Part shown: positions 26,587-40,588 of the stretch, one piece after another
How positions within the stretch are numbered: position 1 is the stretch's first letter
Layout of the letters: the number at the start of each line of letters is the position of its first letter
Assembly: GCA_001687465.1 (NCBI GenBank)
Contig: LVLI01000055.1
Span: forward strand, 1-64,000
Direction of reading: 5' to 3'
DNA: 64,000 bases
From: Halocafeteria seosinensis
Lineage: Eukaryota
Translations under genes and position numbers: made by a program
Notes under the pieces: generated by a model
Seen by the model: the letters and a program-made list of their open reading frames with translations, nothing else
What the model was told of the DNA's origin: nothing
The model's database searches: none

Positions 26587-29500
26587 ATGGCTACACGTCC
26601 TGCGGCCGGAGTGCCAGAAGCACATACGGCAGTGGACGTTGGCCATTTGTCTCCTCAGCAACGACAGCTTTCCTCGGGTTTCGGCTCTGAGACGAATTCA
26701 TTTCGAGCAACTGTGCAGAACGAGACAAAGCAAACTTCGTGGGTATCTGAAAATGGAAGGCTGTCTGACTTACTGAAGCGCTATCTTCCAAATATTATGT
26801 GGAGACCCGAACCAATTCTCCCGCTTCGAGTCAAGACGACCGACATACTCGAAGGACCCCAACTTTACTTTGGCGTGCATTTGCGTTTCCCTTCGGAACG
26901 GGTCGAGTGGTGGTATCAAATTCATTCTCGAGGTGCGTTTTGCGCCATGCTGGTTAGAAACTATCCCATGTATGTGTTTAGCGTACTTTCGCGCAGAGAG
27001 ACGGATTCCGGCAATGTGGTGCATTGGGATACTGTCGGGGCTTCTCTTCGTTTCGGCTTTGGTGCATGGAGTTCTTGCTGAAGTTCAGGCATCGTATCTT
27101 ATTCTAGCCACAGTTGGTATCGCTTTCGCCATGTCACTGGTACTGGTGACGTTTGAAGTGGGGGCTTACGGAGACGGTAAGGATGAAGCTTTAGCACTGA
27201 GCCTCTCGACAAATAGTAACAGAAGAGACCCGAATTGCAGAATTGGAAAAGTTTAAGGAAGATGAATGGGGATTCTTTAGAACACACGAAGGGATTATCT
27301 CGACGACCATCTTAATGGGAATTATGATAACTGTTTACTCCATGATCATGGACATGTATAGTCCTGAGGAAGTCAGGCTGGCTACGAATCAAGATTCGTA
27401 CGTCAAATTCAACAGCTTGATGAGTCTCCTCGCGATGGTAAGTTCCTTGTGTTAGCAAGTGTTTAGTTCAGCATTTTAATGCTAGCGTCATGAGTGGATG
27501 CATCGCGCAGTGTGGTCTTGCATTGAGTATCTTGAGACCAGTTTCACATTTGGGGCTAACTTTGCTGGTAGCTCTCACTGAAGGAGCTGCCTTAGTGACT
27601 GTCGCGATAAGTGGACTACCAACCCAGCCGGCAGCGGACTCAGACCTCAGCTTTTTTACAGAAGCCATGTTCATTATCGGAGCAATAGGGATCTTCTCAC
27701 AGTGGCTGATATTCTCTGGAGAATTCAGCCAACGGATGCATTACATAGTCATGTGCAGAATGCAACAGGATCATTGGAGAACAAAGCAAGAATATGTCCG
27801 CACCAGGTACGTTTTCTGCGGAACTCAAGGGAACTCTGTCCCACACACTCACTTACACACCTAGCTCTTGCAGGCAATTGTTTAACAAATCTAACCTGGG
27901 AGTTTCTTGTCATAGCGTACAAGCTGGGTTACCATTCAAGCATGTTTCTCCGGGACTCATTGAATTACTAGGAGGACCACCAGAGAGTAGTAACATAAGA
28001 GGTAACAAAGTCGAAAAGAACTTGCCCGATCCAAGAAATCGGTACGATGAGCCGCAACATTTTCCCTCGTCTAAAGATGCGCAAAGCCCACAACAACTTC
28101 GTCACCCTTCCTCCGGTAACGCAAACTCCTTCGTGTCGTCAACTAGAAGCCTTGGCGGTATTCATCCAGAAAATGTAGGCGAGGAGAAGACGACCACTCT
28201 AAGGCGATGGTTCCAACAGTCTGGAGTACCCGAGAGAAGTGAACAGAGCACTCTTAACCTAGTCCCATCTCAGTCAGATGTACTCCAATCTGATGTAAAC
28301 GCCTGTGAGACGTCGCAGACATTTTTTCTGACCGATACTTTGTCCGTTCATCCGGAAGATCAAGAGGCATTCCTGTTCCTGCAGCAGCAGTGGTTACGCA
28401 CAGCGAAACAAAGAAGGGTAGAGCTGGAAAACCAGAAGCTCCAAAGCCAAGCCGACAGTTTTACTACGACTCCAGAAGAAGGCTCCGCGAGAAAGAAAAT
28501 ATGGCCCCAGTCAATATGTATCCGAGTCCGTTCTGGACCTGGTCGTGCTTTTCGGAAAGGTGTAGCGAGTGGTATGAGCTACGATGAGGTAAACTGGAAA
28601 CTAAATGGTTCAATTCCCGAGGAACTGGTGAGGGAAGAAAATGACAACGAGATTCATCGTGTTATTGTAGTGAGTGCTCTGATTCGAGCAAACTATGTTA
28701 TTTTAGTGTGGAGAGATTTGGCAGATGTCTTCACCTCCTGTGCCTTGATAAGAAGCTTGATGCTTCTGGAAACAAGAGAGAAGAAGGCTGCGGCACGTGC
28801 ATATTTGGAAAAGAGCGTGCTGTCCGTTACCCCTGGTTTCGATGATATCTGCCAGTACTTGTCCGGGAATGATGAATTGCCTAATGAGATTCATAGGGAG
28901 CAAGTTAGCTTAGATGGTGCCGCAAAAGGATTCGGTGCAGCTTTTGGTGAATATGAAAACCGAATTGAAACTACGACAAGTGCATCAGTGCTTCCTGACG
29001 GAAGTAGTGTTACCGAGCCTTTTGAAGCGATAGTTGAAAATAACGTTGCCGATGTCGAAGATGATAGCGAAATTATTGCAGGACATTTATATGGATCTCG
29101 GGTATTGCTGTAAGTACATATAGATACCACAACCTTGCAATTGGAATGTATTGGAATTTTTTTACGCTTTTTTGAAACTTCTACAGTCTGAGACGCCTGG
29201 CATACACTGCGGACGGCATAAAAGAAGCGTACCAAAATCTTGCAACGGAGTATCCAAATAGGCAACGGAAGATGGCAAAGCGTCCAGGAAGCAACTTTGA
29301 AGATCCACTGTTTTCTATGAAGCAATCGCTTAGCGCCCTGATGACGCAAATTTATCGAAGTAAGCCCGAAGCCTCTGGAGTCCATGCCTTTCACACCACC
29401 TCATGCTGTCTATGCAGCCATCATACTTGATGTCTACTCTTCATCGGAGTTCATTTCCTCGCTGCCGCCGGAAGACGATTTAGACTGGCTTTATAATTTG

Positions 29501-31081
29501 TTTGCCGGATCTCCAATTACGGGTTCCAGTCTTCTACAGTTCTTCAAGTTCGAACACCTAACAGAAGAGTTACTTGGCACAATAGTTCGTTCGTTAGATG
29601 GACTTGAAATTGGTAAGTGAATAAAGTTGGTCGACCGGATATGGCTTCAAATTAGAAGCTCAACCGTATGCAGATGCCTTGCGAGTAAACTGTAACATTG
29701 GACACCTGAGGCAGAACAACTTTGGAATCTCGTGCACGACGTTATCGATGAGCTTTTCGGCCGTCCATGAACTTTTACAAAAGGTCCGAGTTCGACACGA
29801 TTATAGAGTTGGTATATATTACGACACTTAAGTTTCTGGATGTACTTCCTTACAGCTGCTTCCGAAATCTCCTAGAATTCGACTCTCGTGTGACGTCAAC
29901 AGCGAAACTGGTTCAAGCGATCAAGAGGATTACTTCCTCGATGTAACCGTGAGAGCAAATTCCTTGCTGAAAAACCGTGACAGAGAATTGATACTAAACT
30001 TTTTGCAATACCTACGAGGAGCTGCTGTGTATTCAATGCTATTTGAAGATGCCAGCAACATCAGCCAATTAAAACGTCTGTCTACCAGGGTCAATTTTGC
30101 TACAAGCGCTTTAGCCCTTTTCTCTATCGGTGGAGACCTCACACTAGAAAAGGGGTCTAAGGATAATAACGGGATGTTTCCATCCATGAAACTACGGTTT
30201 CCGATAAGTGACTTTAACGATTATTGCCAAACGACAAGTAACTCCATGCTCTGGCCAGCTTCAGTTAAAGAGCAACCAGTCGGGAAAACTCCGGATATAC
30301 CTGAGGCAGACCACGAAGCTCGTCCAGCGTCGACAACAAACAAAGCGGACCTAAATATCACAGATGCACAGCCGAGAATACAGAGGCAGCCACAGGATTT
30401 CCTTAACTTTTGTGACACTAGTTCTTCAGAGCTCGAAGCCAAGTGCAGAGGATTGATTGGTGGTGGTACGCTTCTCTACATTGACGAAAATAAGAAAGGG
30501 AACCGCAAGACAATGAAGCTTATCGCAAGGTGAGTGTGTAACAACAACGTATCATCCTCAGAAAGTACACTGTCAATCATCTTTCTATGCAGGAAACTCA
30601 AAGGAATTTGCACTTTCTCTGAACCTGGAGAAGATGCCCTCAATGAGTTCAAACCTAGGGAGTTTTCTGCAGGGATAGGTGTGTCTTCGGAAGGCTCGGT
30701 GACGAAATTGATCTTTCTCGTAAGTAATAATTCAACTAATGAAGGTCTACGTGAGTCCGTCAGCTCATACATGATGCTGCATCTCTCAGGATGTTAGCGG
30801 ACACGAAGATTTCGGTCGATCTTTCATCAATTTAGCCAGGGCAAAGGGCTATAATGTACCAATTATTGTAAGTGCCAAAGGCAACCTTCACTTTGCAAGA
30901 CGTTGCGAAGATTGCTGGTAATACCCGGCATTACAACTTGCAGAGTCTTCATCAGCTGAATTCGACAAAAAGTGATAGGGAAGAATGCTTGCAAGCTGGC
31001 GCTTCGGCTATCGTGGAGAAGCCTATTACTCTCGAAAAGATTTGCGAGAGCATTCTCTTCGTCCTCGACGTCCGCCAATGA
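26587..31081 (+). CDS. Membrane protein with C-terminal receiver-like domain (divergent hybrid histidine-kinase-like), multi-exon
   Basis: N-terminal TM helices, then C-terminal LLYIDEN..IARKL....STKSDREECLQAGASAIVEKPITLEKI, typical of the end of a REC domain. Confidence 0.5.
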
Positions 31082-31828
31082 GCAGGACAAACGCGCATTG
31101 CGGTTACAATCTACGACGGCATGTTGTACCCGTGTGTCATAACAATTGTGCCTAAGGAATCTATCTTGGTGTCCATCTGGGGACTAAACCTTCTTCGGCC
31201 CTCGACGCGACTATGACGGATCATCTTGCTTGCTGAACACGCAGAATCAACATTCTACCCGTTGTATGTCGTCGTATGTCTAGGAGAACTAGTGACAGTA
31301 ACGGCGGGCGTCACAGACAAAGCTCGTGGGATTCGAGACTCACTGGTAGCTGAGGTCGGTGCGGGAGTAGATGCGCCAGATGGAAAGCCTGGGGAAGTCC
31401 TGCTGGGACTGCTCGTCGGTAGCTAGTTGGGAGGGCCTGCGAGTGTCGGGCACAATAGTTTAAAGTGAATATTGGCAGATCTTGATTGTGAACCATCCCA
31501 CAAGCGAAAAATAGAATTGGAAACCATTGCAGCAGTTTCAATCCCTAAAGAAATTTCCAACAGGGGTAGATGCGTTCCATACAGAGGAGCATGGTGGTAT
31601 CAACACTGCGCAAAGTGCTGCTGAAAAATAAAGCTAAAATTTTGGATACGATTGAGCGAGTCGAGATGCTGTGGTCATCGGACCGTTTGTTACCCCCTTT
31701 GAGCCAGAACCTCTTTGTGGACACACAGATTTAGCCGCGGCATATATCGTAGACATAGCGCTTAAAATGCACTATCTGACGCTCTGTAATCTTCATGATT
31801 TCGAGACTGAAGTATGTGTAAAACAGTG

Positions 31829-33099
31829 TCAGTGAGTTTGATCAACGCGTGCAGTATTGTAGGAGCCACAGGTAGAGTCTGAATCCTCCCGTCCGTCCTC
31901 CGCTAGCGAAGCCTGGCAACGCAAACCGATGGGGTGATATGGAGTTACACTTCGCTGTTGACAGTCGTTGCAATATACCTGTACAAAAGAAAAGCGAATC
32001 GACCTCGTTGGAGTCATGATTAAGAAGCGCTTGAAGAATTCCTTCCGTTCTCTTACAGTGACGTCATACTGTGCATCAGCTGGAAGTGGCCACCGCTCAA
32101 TTTCCCGTTCAATATTTCGGTAGAGACGTCGTGTCTGTTCGCGGTTCAATAATGATTTGGAGCAATACGGGCACTTGTAACTGTATACAGTTACGACCAT
32201 TAAACGGAATTAAAGATATGACCCTACAACAGGGGCAGCTGTACGTACTTTAGCTGCTGAATGTAGCTGGTCATACAGTCTATGTGCATCCAGTGGCCGC
32301 AAGGTCCGTAAGTGGCTGGCTTTACAGATGCAAACAACTCCTGTGAGAATAACAACTTGTAGATCGCTGGGAGGGAAAAGAATACACGCTAAAACAACAC
32401 GAACCTCCATGCAAATGGGACATTGTACACTCAGCGCCCTTTCGCGGCAGGTATGGTTATTGTACGCCTCGTGACCCAAGCATATTCCACAAGTTGTGCA
32501 ATGCACATAATTATCGGCTCCACCGACGCGACAGATTCCACACTGGTTGCAGTGAAATTGTCCTCTGCATTACGAAGAATCAAACCACGAATTCGAGAGG
32601 CAAAAATCGAAAAAAAAAAAAATGTGTTCCACTTTCAAAGCTTACTTGTCGTCATCGTCCCATAAATTACAGATATCACAGAAATACTTCCCCATCACCT
32701 TGTTGCAATGCATGCAGACTTTTCGCGGCTGCGTTACAGGCATAGACGAACATAAATTCAACCCAAACCACAATGAACCTATGCAGTAAAGAAACCTCTA
32801 ACTGATGAGCACCTCTATTTCATCTCACGTACAGTCTGTGTTGTGCCACAAGCTATACAAATACACTGCTGAATAGCGTGACGATCCACCGTGTGAGCCA
32901 GTCTTATGTCCAATTGTTCGTCGCTCTCCTTCGCATCATGGCACATCCGGCACGTGTACACTTTGTTACAACACGGGGCCACGATTTGAGCCCCTCGGCG
33001 GTAATGAGTGCATCCGTATGACTGCGTATCGGAGGCATTATGCTCGGTATCCACATCCTGTGAAGTCGGAGTTGTTGAAGATGACTCTTCGTGCTCCAT
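31829..33099 (-). CDS. RCHY1: CHY zinc finger / RING E3 ligase (Pirh2/RCHY1 family), multi-exon
   Basis: GCTHYRRGAQIVAPCCNKVYTCRMCHD, HCTTCGICL..HTC, CPICME, CGHWMH, YKCPYCSKS, VYCNDC..YHPIGLRC..CGSYNT. Confidence 0.92.
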
Positions 33100-33409
33100 T
33101 TCCTCGCTCTACAATGATCTAAACGCCCATTCAACTATAACCCACAAAAGAGTATACATATATCTATCCACCTGACCCGTCATTATCTGCATCGGCCCAG
33201 CCAGTATGTTCCTCGGAGGTGTATATGAGAGGAAACAATCTTTTCGTCGACATGCCTTGAAGGTGCATACAAATTGCCCATTTAATCGACACGTATAGAC
33301 AGAATCTAAGATTGATGCTCGATGGAATTGTTATGATCCTCGTGTTGTGTCGATGAGCCAGCGTGTGGGCGTTGGGATAGGTTGAATTGTACGTCCAGCA
33401 GCCTCGAAA

Positions 33410-36400
33410 ATGGCTGTGGCGGGAGCTGGAAGCGCTCCCGTACGCATGGAAGTGGCTAAATCGAGGCTTAATGCGAGTTTATACAGCTTTGACGTGAAAA
33501 ATGGGACCGCTGAGGACTTTGCCTCCAAGGCAAAAATGGCCGACGGCATCAGCAAACTGTCAGGGAACTGGTGGAAGTCGTGGCAGGAGAGATATTGTGT
33601 GATGAAACCCTGCGTATTGCTCTTTTATTTTGCTCATAAACATGAAACGACGCCTCGGGGAGTGGTGATGCTCGATGAAAATGCCACTGTGGAGAATCAC
33701 CGTACGTACTTCTCCCCGCATTTTTGTGTGTGAGGGTTTGCATGAGGTGGAGGCCAAGTACCACACGTCATTGCTTCGGTGGAACCAAGCGAGAGACAGT
33801 GATGCCTGGGTAATATATTTCACCTTATTGCGCATGTTTTACCTTTGATTACTTGTTTGCAGCCGATCCGCTAGGAATTCATGATGAGGCCAAAGTGTTT
33901 GCGATTCGGACGTCACCATGTGATCCAGTGGCTCGTACGGTAAGAGCGCTGATGGCTAGGAANATTCATGTATCAGGGTACATTATTGCACTATGTGACA
34001 TGAATTTGCTCATTTACAGATGTACTTTAGCACAGAAAGTGAAAAACAAGCGAAGGAATGGCAAGAAGCCCTGCTGTTCTGGAGAGCAGATGTGCTCGCC
34101 ATTGAGAAAGACGAGGCAAAGAAAGATGTAGGTAGTTAGCCCATTCGCTGTTTGTTTTTGCCTAATGGATGGCCTTCGTAGTGATGTATGAAAATATCAG
34201 GTGGGGAAGTATTGGAGGCAGCTCAAAGCACTAGAGCATAAAATGGGACAGATGGAACAGCGTTCCAAGGAGGACGAGGAGGTCCTGAATCAGATGGGCA
34301 GACGCATGTCTGGGCACCTTGCAGCACTGTCCAATTGTAATCTGAAATTATGTACCATCTCTAAACAGCTAGCGGATAGTCTGCCGAAATTCGTGCAAAA
34401 CATGCACCTTGTCTATACTCTAGCGTGTCCTAATTTATTTGGGAGCATGAGGAATAGCACCAGTAAATCCAGAGAGCACAGCGGCGAAGAGGAAGGTACA
34501 GAAGGCCGACAAAGATCTGAAAGTATTTCTAGTGTTGTTGATTTTGACAATGCTGCGGATAGCCACGATGAACATGAAAGTGGCTCTAAGGAAGAGGTGC
34601 CGCCTCCACCTCGTATTGACATTCCCAAAAGTCTACTCGATTGTTTATACGACCCCGCTGCCGACGCTAGCCAGCAATCACTCCAGCAAAATGTTCTCGG
34701 AAACAAGGGATACTTAGAATCTGGTTTAGCAAAGGAAAGTGTCGATAGTACTGCCGGAACTGGGGGACAAGCCCCCACAGGAGTTACAGAACGAATTTCG
34801 GGAAAACATCGACGGCAATCGCTGGCACATTTGGCATTCGAGGCTGCCACTCGAGAAACGGGAGGAGCGATGACACCTGCAACAAGAGCTAGGGCCTCAA
34901 GCGATGCAAGCAACTATTCTCAGAGTACATCCAGGTCCGGGACTTCCAACCAACCTGGGTTGGTCTCCCGAGAATCAACCAGTTTTCCTAGCTCTTCGAA
35001 TACAAAACCTATGCGGACTACGGCAATGAGCAGTGCCATGAAGTCGTTGTCCTCGCTGCATTTCCAAGCCTACTCTGAATCGCAGGCTCTGCTATCCAGA
35101 GGTTCGCAGGCACTTCATTTGGCCAATAAGACCGCTGTTTGTGCCCAATATCTTGCCGACATTACCGAGTCTGCTAAAGAAGCTCACTATAGGAAGTTAG
35201 AGAAAGCGCTGAACCAATTGCGTCTTACTGCACGTGCTGCACGCCGCTACAAGATGAGAGCAGGGAAAGCCGAAAAAGCGGCTGTCCGAGCGTATACACT
35301 CAAGCGCCAAGCAGAGGAGCGTGAGGTACAGGTGCGCGCGGACGCGCAGTCAATTGTATACATGATACAGCAGAAAGCGAATTCCAGAATCGATGCAGCG
35401 CGGCATGCGATCTCCAAAAGCCTTGAAGATAAATCGAAGGAGCAAGTAATGCCTGGTGGTAGCTCTGACGATCAGCTTTCAACCCCACGTACCGTAAGTG
35501 GTGAACAGCAGACAACCGAGATCCCGTCCAGCAGTCAACGTCGTTTATCCATGCCTCAAGTACTGCCTAGCCGTGAGGATCCCACCAAAGACACCACAAT
35601 GTCGGCACTCACGGAACTTAACCGCCTGAAGACCGAACTGGTCGACAAGGATACATACAAAGAGTACGAGCACTTTGTTCAGACATCCTGTGTCTCTGCT
35701 GAGGCCAGCGATTCCCCTCAGGATATCGTTGGCATTGCTAGTGAAGACCATGGCACAGACAGTGCGGAGGCTTCAAACGCGTCGGGCTACACTGCAACCA
35801 GCATCCCTGCAAAGCCCACGTCATCTGCGAATAAGCCGGCGATAGCAGTGTACATTGGCAGCATAAGAAATCTACAGCCGCAACCCTTTGGACGGCGAAA
35901 TGCTCATGCGTATGTTAAAGTGTCGGCCCTTAGCTCCCTCCCTAATGGCAAGGCTTCCCATAACCAATTTGAGCAAAGCAGGAACGTTGTAAGCACTGCG
36001 GTCAGTGATGTTGTGGAATGCCGGGAACAAGATCAGAGTCATCTTTTGTATACCAGCTTTAACCAACAATTGCTGTTGACCATTTCACAAGCGGCAAACA
36101 GGGCTAAGGGTAACGAAATCGCTCCCTATATCCGACTCGACCTGTACGCCAAACGAACTCTTGCGAGAGATGTGCTTGTTGGGTCGTCGGTCATGGATAC
36201 CACAGCTCTTTCTAGCTGGCCGTATCAACCTCACGCTGTTTGGCTGCTGCTTCACGACGAACGGGAGACTCAACTGCATCCAGCTGATGACGAAGTTCTG
36301 GTCCCTGTATCAAAGAACGCCAACATGAAACAGGACTTTGCGCAACAAGACTGTTTGAGTGATAGTGAGTCGGAAGCAACGACACATGAATCCCAGAACA

Positions 36401-36939
36401 ACTTTGCTCTGCCTTCGCTTCCCCCCGCTCCACTTAGTGAAAGGCCTATTGTGTTAATACAGTCCATCTACATGAGAAAGACTATGCATCCAAAGAATGG
36501 AATACCTATCCGTCCCCGCTTTCATAATGATAATTTGCCACCTAGACGAAATCGAGAATCCCAGCGGGCACAGCAACAGCTACCTACAAGCAAGAGTTCG
36601 CAAAATCTTCGCAGTGACTCCAAGAGTTCCGAAACACGAGTAGCCGAGGCGAGGACCCCAGACCCACCGGGTAGACGAGCTTCTCAAGCTAGCAAGCGCC
36701 CATCTTCGCCGACCCTTTCCCAAATTACTGGTGAATCTAGCATTCCAGAGCACAAGCAATGGGAAACAGAATCACTCAAATCAGATACTGCAGGTGGGGC
36801 GGAGAAGAAGTTGAAGGTTTTGGCCAAAGCTCACAAGCGCCTCAGGCAAAGCCATGAGAACACAAAGAAGGAATTAGAGGAAGCTAACCAGGAAATAAGA
36901 AAATTGCGCTCGCTTCTTAGGAGACAGGAGCAGAAGTAA
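33410..36939 (+). CDS. PH-domain, coiled-coil and C2-like-domain protein, multi-exon
   Basis: PH: KLSGNWWKSWQERYCVMKPCVLLFYF..PRGVVML. C2-like: IRNLQPQPFGRRNAHAYVKV..FNQQLLL..IRLDLYAKRTLARDVLVGS. Confidence 0.7.
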
Positions 36940-36951
36940 TTTTGGTGTTGT

Positions 36952-38671
36952 TTATTCATCGACGAAGAATTCTTCCAAACATTGCAATAGGGCATAGAGT
37001 TTGTTGTGTGTGTACTCTTCTACCTGCTGATTACTTTGCTCCGTGTTGGTTCCTAGTTCCACTGCGAGGGTTGCTGCTGCCTGGGCAGAACTCTGTTTCC
37101 CGGATTTGGAGAACACGGCCTCAGGGTGCTCTGGTGGGGAATCAAATTCTGTCGACGTATGGGTTTCATCATTACCCTCTTGGTCTTGATACAGATGCTT
37201 AGTCGCATAGTCGAAAAGTAGAACCGCTGCATACTTGCAACTCATCTCGAACGCAGGCTGCCATAGGTCAACTTTGGATTCTTTCTTCCCTTGGATGCTC
37301 TTGAGAACATGGGACAACACTTCCTGTAGGATGTACGTAAGGTACGTCCTCATATGGTTCCAAAGACTAGCTTTTTCAGCAAGCATGTGCGATGCGTAGC
37401 CAGACTTCTTTTCCCAGTAGACGACGTACTTGCGCACTTGTTTCTCCCCATGAGTTCGAGTTACGGGCTTCACGAGAGCCATGCGTCCGTTTTTGGCTTG
37501 GTTTTCCCGAACAGTACTTTCAATGTAGCTTTGAAGAACACTTGCCAAAAATGAACCTACATCAATCCACAGCGGTCCAAAGATATGCTTGTTCTTTGGC
37601 CCACAGAGCACTACAGGTTGCCCTTGCCCAAAGAACTCGTCATCTTCCATACTCTCCTCATGCTCAGACTTGGTAAGAGGACGTACCAGAATGGTTTCAT
37701 TGTTTAAATTCCCATGACATAATGAAACCAAACTCTTGGTGCCGGCGCTCAGGTCATCGCGCAGCGTTGCCACTAGTTCTTCAAAACGGCTAGTTTGCTC
37801 ATAGATTCTGTTGGCAAGTTTCGCTCCTTCCGACTCAGTGTTGTTGGAGAGCCTCATCTGTTCTACTTTTTCAGCGCTTTCTTTGAAATCTGACGCAATT
37901 TTGCTTAGGTTGGAATCTCCAAATGTGGTAGCTGAACTTTCTGTTCCGGAAAATTCAGCCGCGGCAATGCCATTCAGGAAAAAGTTGGCAATATATTTCG
38001 GAACATGTGTGAACGTTGTCCCGTGAGATATCGCGCCTTCATAGGTCGTGTATCGACGAGGATAATACTCAACGGCTACCGCTCCTGGAATCCCAGTCGG
38101 ATTTTCATAGTTCTTTAGCGCTGCTGCAAAGTACAGTGGCGATATTTCGGCGCTCTCCTGGTGAGGTCTCTCCTGGTTCCACGCTGAGCTTTTTGCAAAA
38201 GCATGCAATGAGTCGATTTCGTTGCATGCATCCTCAATACAGCTTGCAGAAGAATTCCACAGTTTTACAATAACTTCCTGATTTCCCAAAGATACTATAA
38301 AGGATACATGGTCTGGGCCTTCAGCCATCTGTAGCGTCATCCTACCGCTGCTAAGCTGAGTTCCATACCCACCGCTTGCATATCTATTCACTTACGGGTT
38401 TCACCATAGCATGGTCTAATTCCGCTTCTAAACTTTCCGTTGAATCCTCAAATTTTCCATAGAGGTCCTTAATAAGCTGAGAGCGCCCCGTCACATAGCC
38501 CTCGGGCGTGCTCTCCGTTTGCTCCTCACTAATCGCGTGTTTGATGACTTTTACCACATCTCCCTTCCCTGGAGGGTACTGAATGGTCTTTAATAAAGCT
38601 AGCGTCCCTTGATCACTCCCGTCAGTTCCTCGTATAGTTGGGATGACCAACGGGAAAGACTTGGCAGACAT
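36952..38671 (-). CDS. Atypical kinase-fold (APH / methylthioribose kinase-like) protein, probably degenerate
   Basis: VIVKLW, SLCHGNLNNETILV and FGPLWIDVGSFLA resemble the APH/MTR-kinase HGDL and GP..FD.G motifs. Intron ~38393-38329. Confidence 0.5.
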
Positions 38672-40588
38672 GGCGAAATTTGAATTCAAATACCCGACTT
38701 CACCCACAGATGGAATCTAAGGCATAAACAGAGCCCAATTCTTAACATCCAGTTATAGAAGAGATTCACACACGGTGCTTCTTCGAATACCGTAGTGCCG
38801 CGTATCAATACACGGTCTTGGTGCAAGCCTAAGCAACCTGTGGCGTCATCCTGTTTCAAATGCGAGAGACATGTACAGTACAGACACACACACTGTACAC
38901 CACTGCCAGTTTGCCGTACGCACTCTTAGGCACATCATCATTTATCATATAGATTATGACAGTCACTTGAAGTCCGAATCGCGTATGTTGCTGTCGACTG
39001 TCTCGAATAATCGATCGACTGACTTTGAATACCGTTTTCGCACAACTCTGTTCGCCGCAAGGTTTAGGGTGTCCGGTGATTAACTTGTCCTGGCCGCTTT
39101 GCGATGAATTTGACCGGACGAATTGTTTTCAATTTCATTTCTTGCTCTATGTCTTTTGGATCTACATATATTTCGGAGGGGTTTCAATCTGGCGCCTAGC
39201 GCACACTCTTGGGGGATTGCAACTTTCCGATACACTTGATGCATATCGTTCTTGAGTGGAACACGAGCAGCACGTCAAGAGGTTACAGGTTATTAAGTGA
39301 CTGAGTATTTGTACCAGTGCTAGTGTTGGTCGTGGCGGGGGCTGCTGGGTGCGTTGGACTTCCATGTTTTGATGTATTGCTCCTGCCGGAAGACGTCTAC
39401 GCTACGCCGTGTGAGGAGTGAACCGTAGCAGTTCTGCTTCTTCACATACCGTGGCCGCTATTTGTTGCATGTACATATTGCATTGTTTCCTCTGCTTATG
39501 TTCTTCATGTATCGACGGACTTACAACCACGGCAGGGCCAATTCTTTGAATAATTTTCATTTTGAAGTCGTTGTAACGGAGTACCGGTAAACGCAATAGC
39601 TGTGAATACCGCTACGGCACGTTTTGACAGCGTGCACGTCTAAATAATTAAGCTGGACAGCTACCAGAGTGAATGATAGGCACAATGTAGATAAGCAGTG
39701 AGTGGAAGTCCCGAATTCCAGACTCAGACTACAATGTACTGTATTCCATTCGGAAACCTCCATGTTCCATACATGTATGATGTTGGTGCCATTTCCACGC
39801 TTGGCTTTCAGAGGTACTTGGATTCAGACACTCGCCGCATCCATCCGACTTCGCGGGCTGGCTAACCTACTCTACTAGTTTGTGGACGGCTAAACTAATA
39901 AACATACATCCGGGAACCCATCCCAAGATCCTTAGGGACAAGCTCCGCAAGCAATGGGAACTTTTTTCTGCTTTCCTTTCACGGACCAAGGCGAGAATAG
40001 TGGATAACCTGCTTCGTATCCGGGTATAGAACACTGTTGTGGAGGAATATGCTAACGCTGGTTTTCAGTTGGCCCATAGCGCCCATTAGATCAGAACTAC
40101 GCGTCAGCTTTGGCTGGTGCACTGCAGTTCCTTAAACAACAGAGTTTTTCCGATTACTCATCCCGTATGATGTCCACGACCATTATACTTGCAGCATCCA
40201 ATAGAGTTTATTCCAAAGGAAGATACCCCGCGATGAAATGACTGTGGTACCCACTAGAATGAGGAGCTATAGAGTCAGATCAGCCACCTCGAATCTTCCG
40301 CATATTCCTTCGCATGTTCGTTCTGCACGATTCAAAGGACGCACGCGACTCCGTAGAAGCATCGGCTAATTTCAGGTATTCCCCATTAGCAGGAAAGCTG
40401 TTTGTATTGATACCGTCTCACACCTTGAGAAATTGTATGTCTTGCTCGCTTGTGTTTTTCGGAAGCGAGAGGAAATTGAATACCGGTACATAACGATTGA
40501 CACTGGGATACAAAGAGGCTGCGCAGGAAAAGACATAGAAAAGACGGGCTGTATAGGTTAAATTCAGCGACTTTTGGGGACGAAAACG

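Noticed and set aside
33963..33963. Single N base
   Set aside because: Assembly ambiguity inside a probable intron; no biological meaning.
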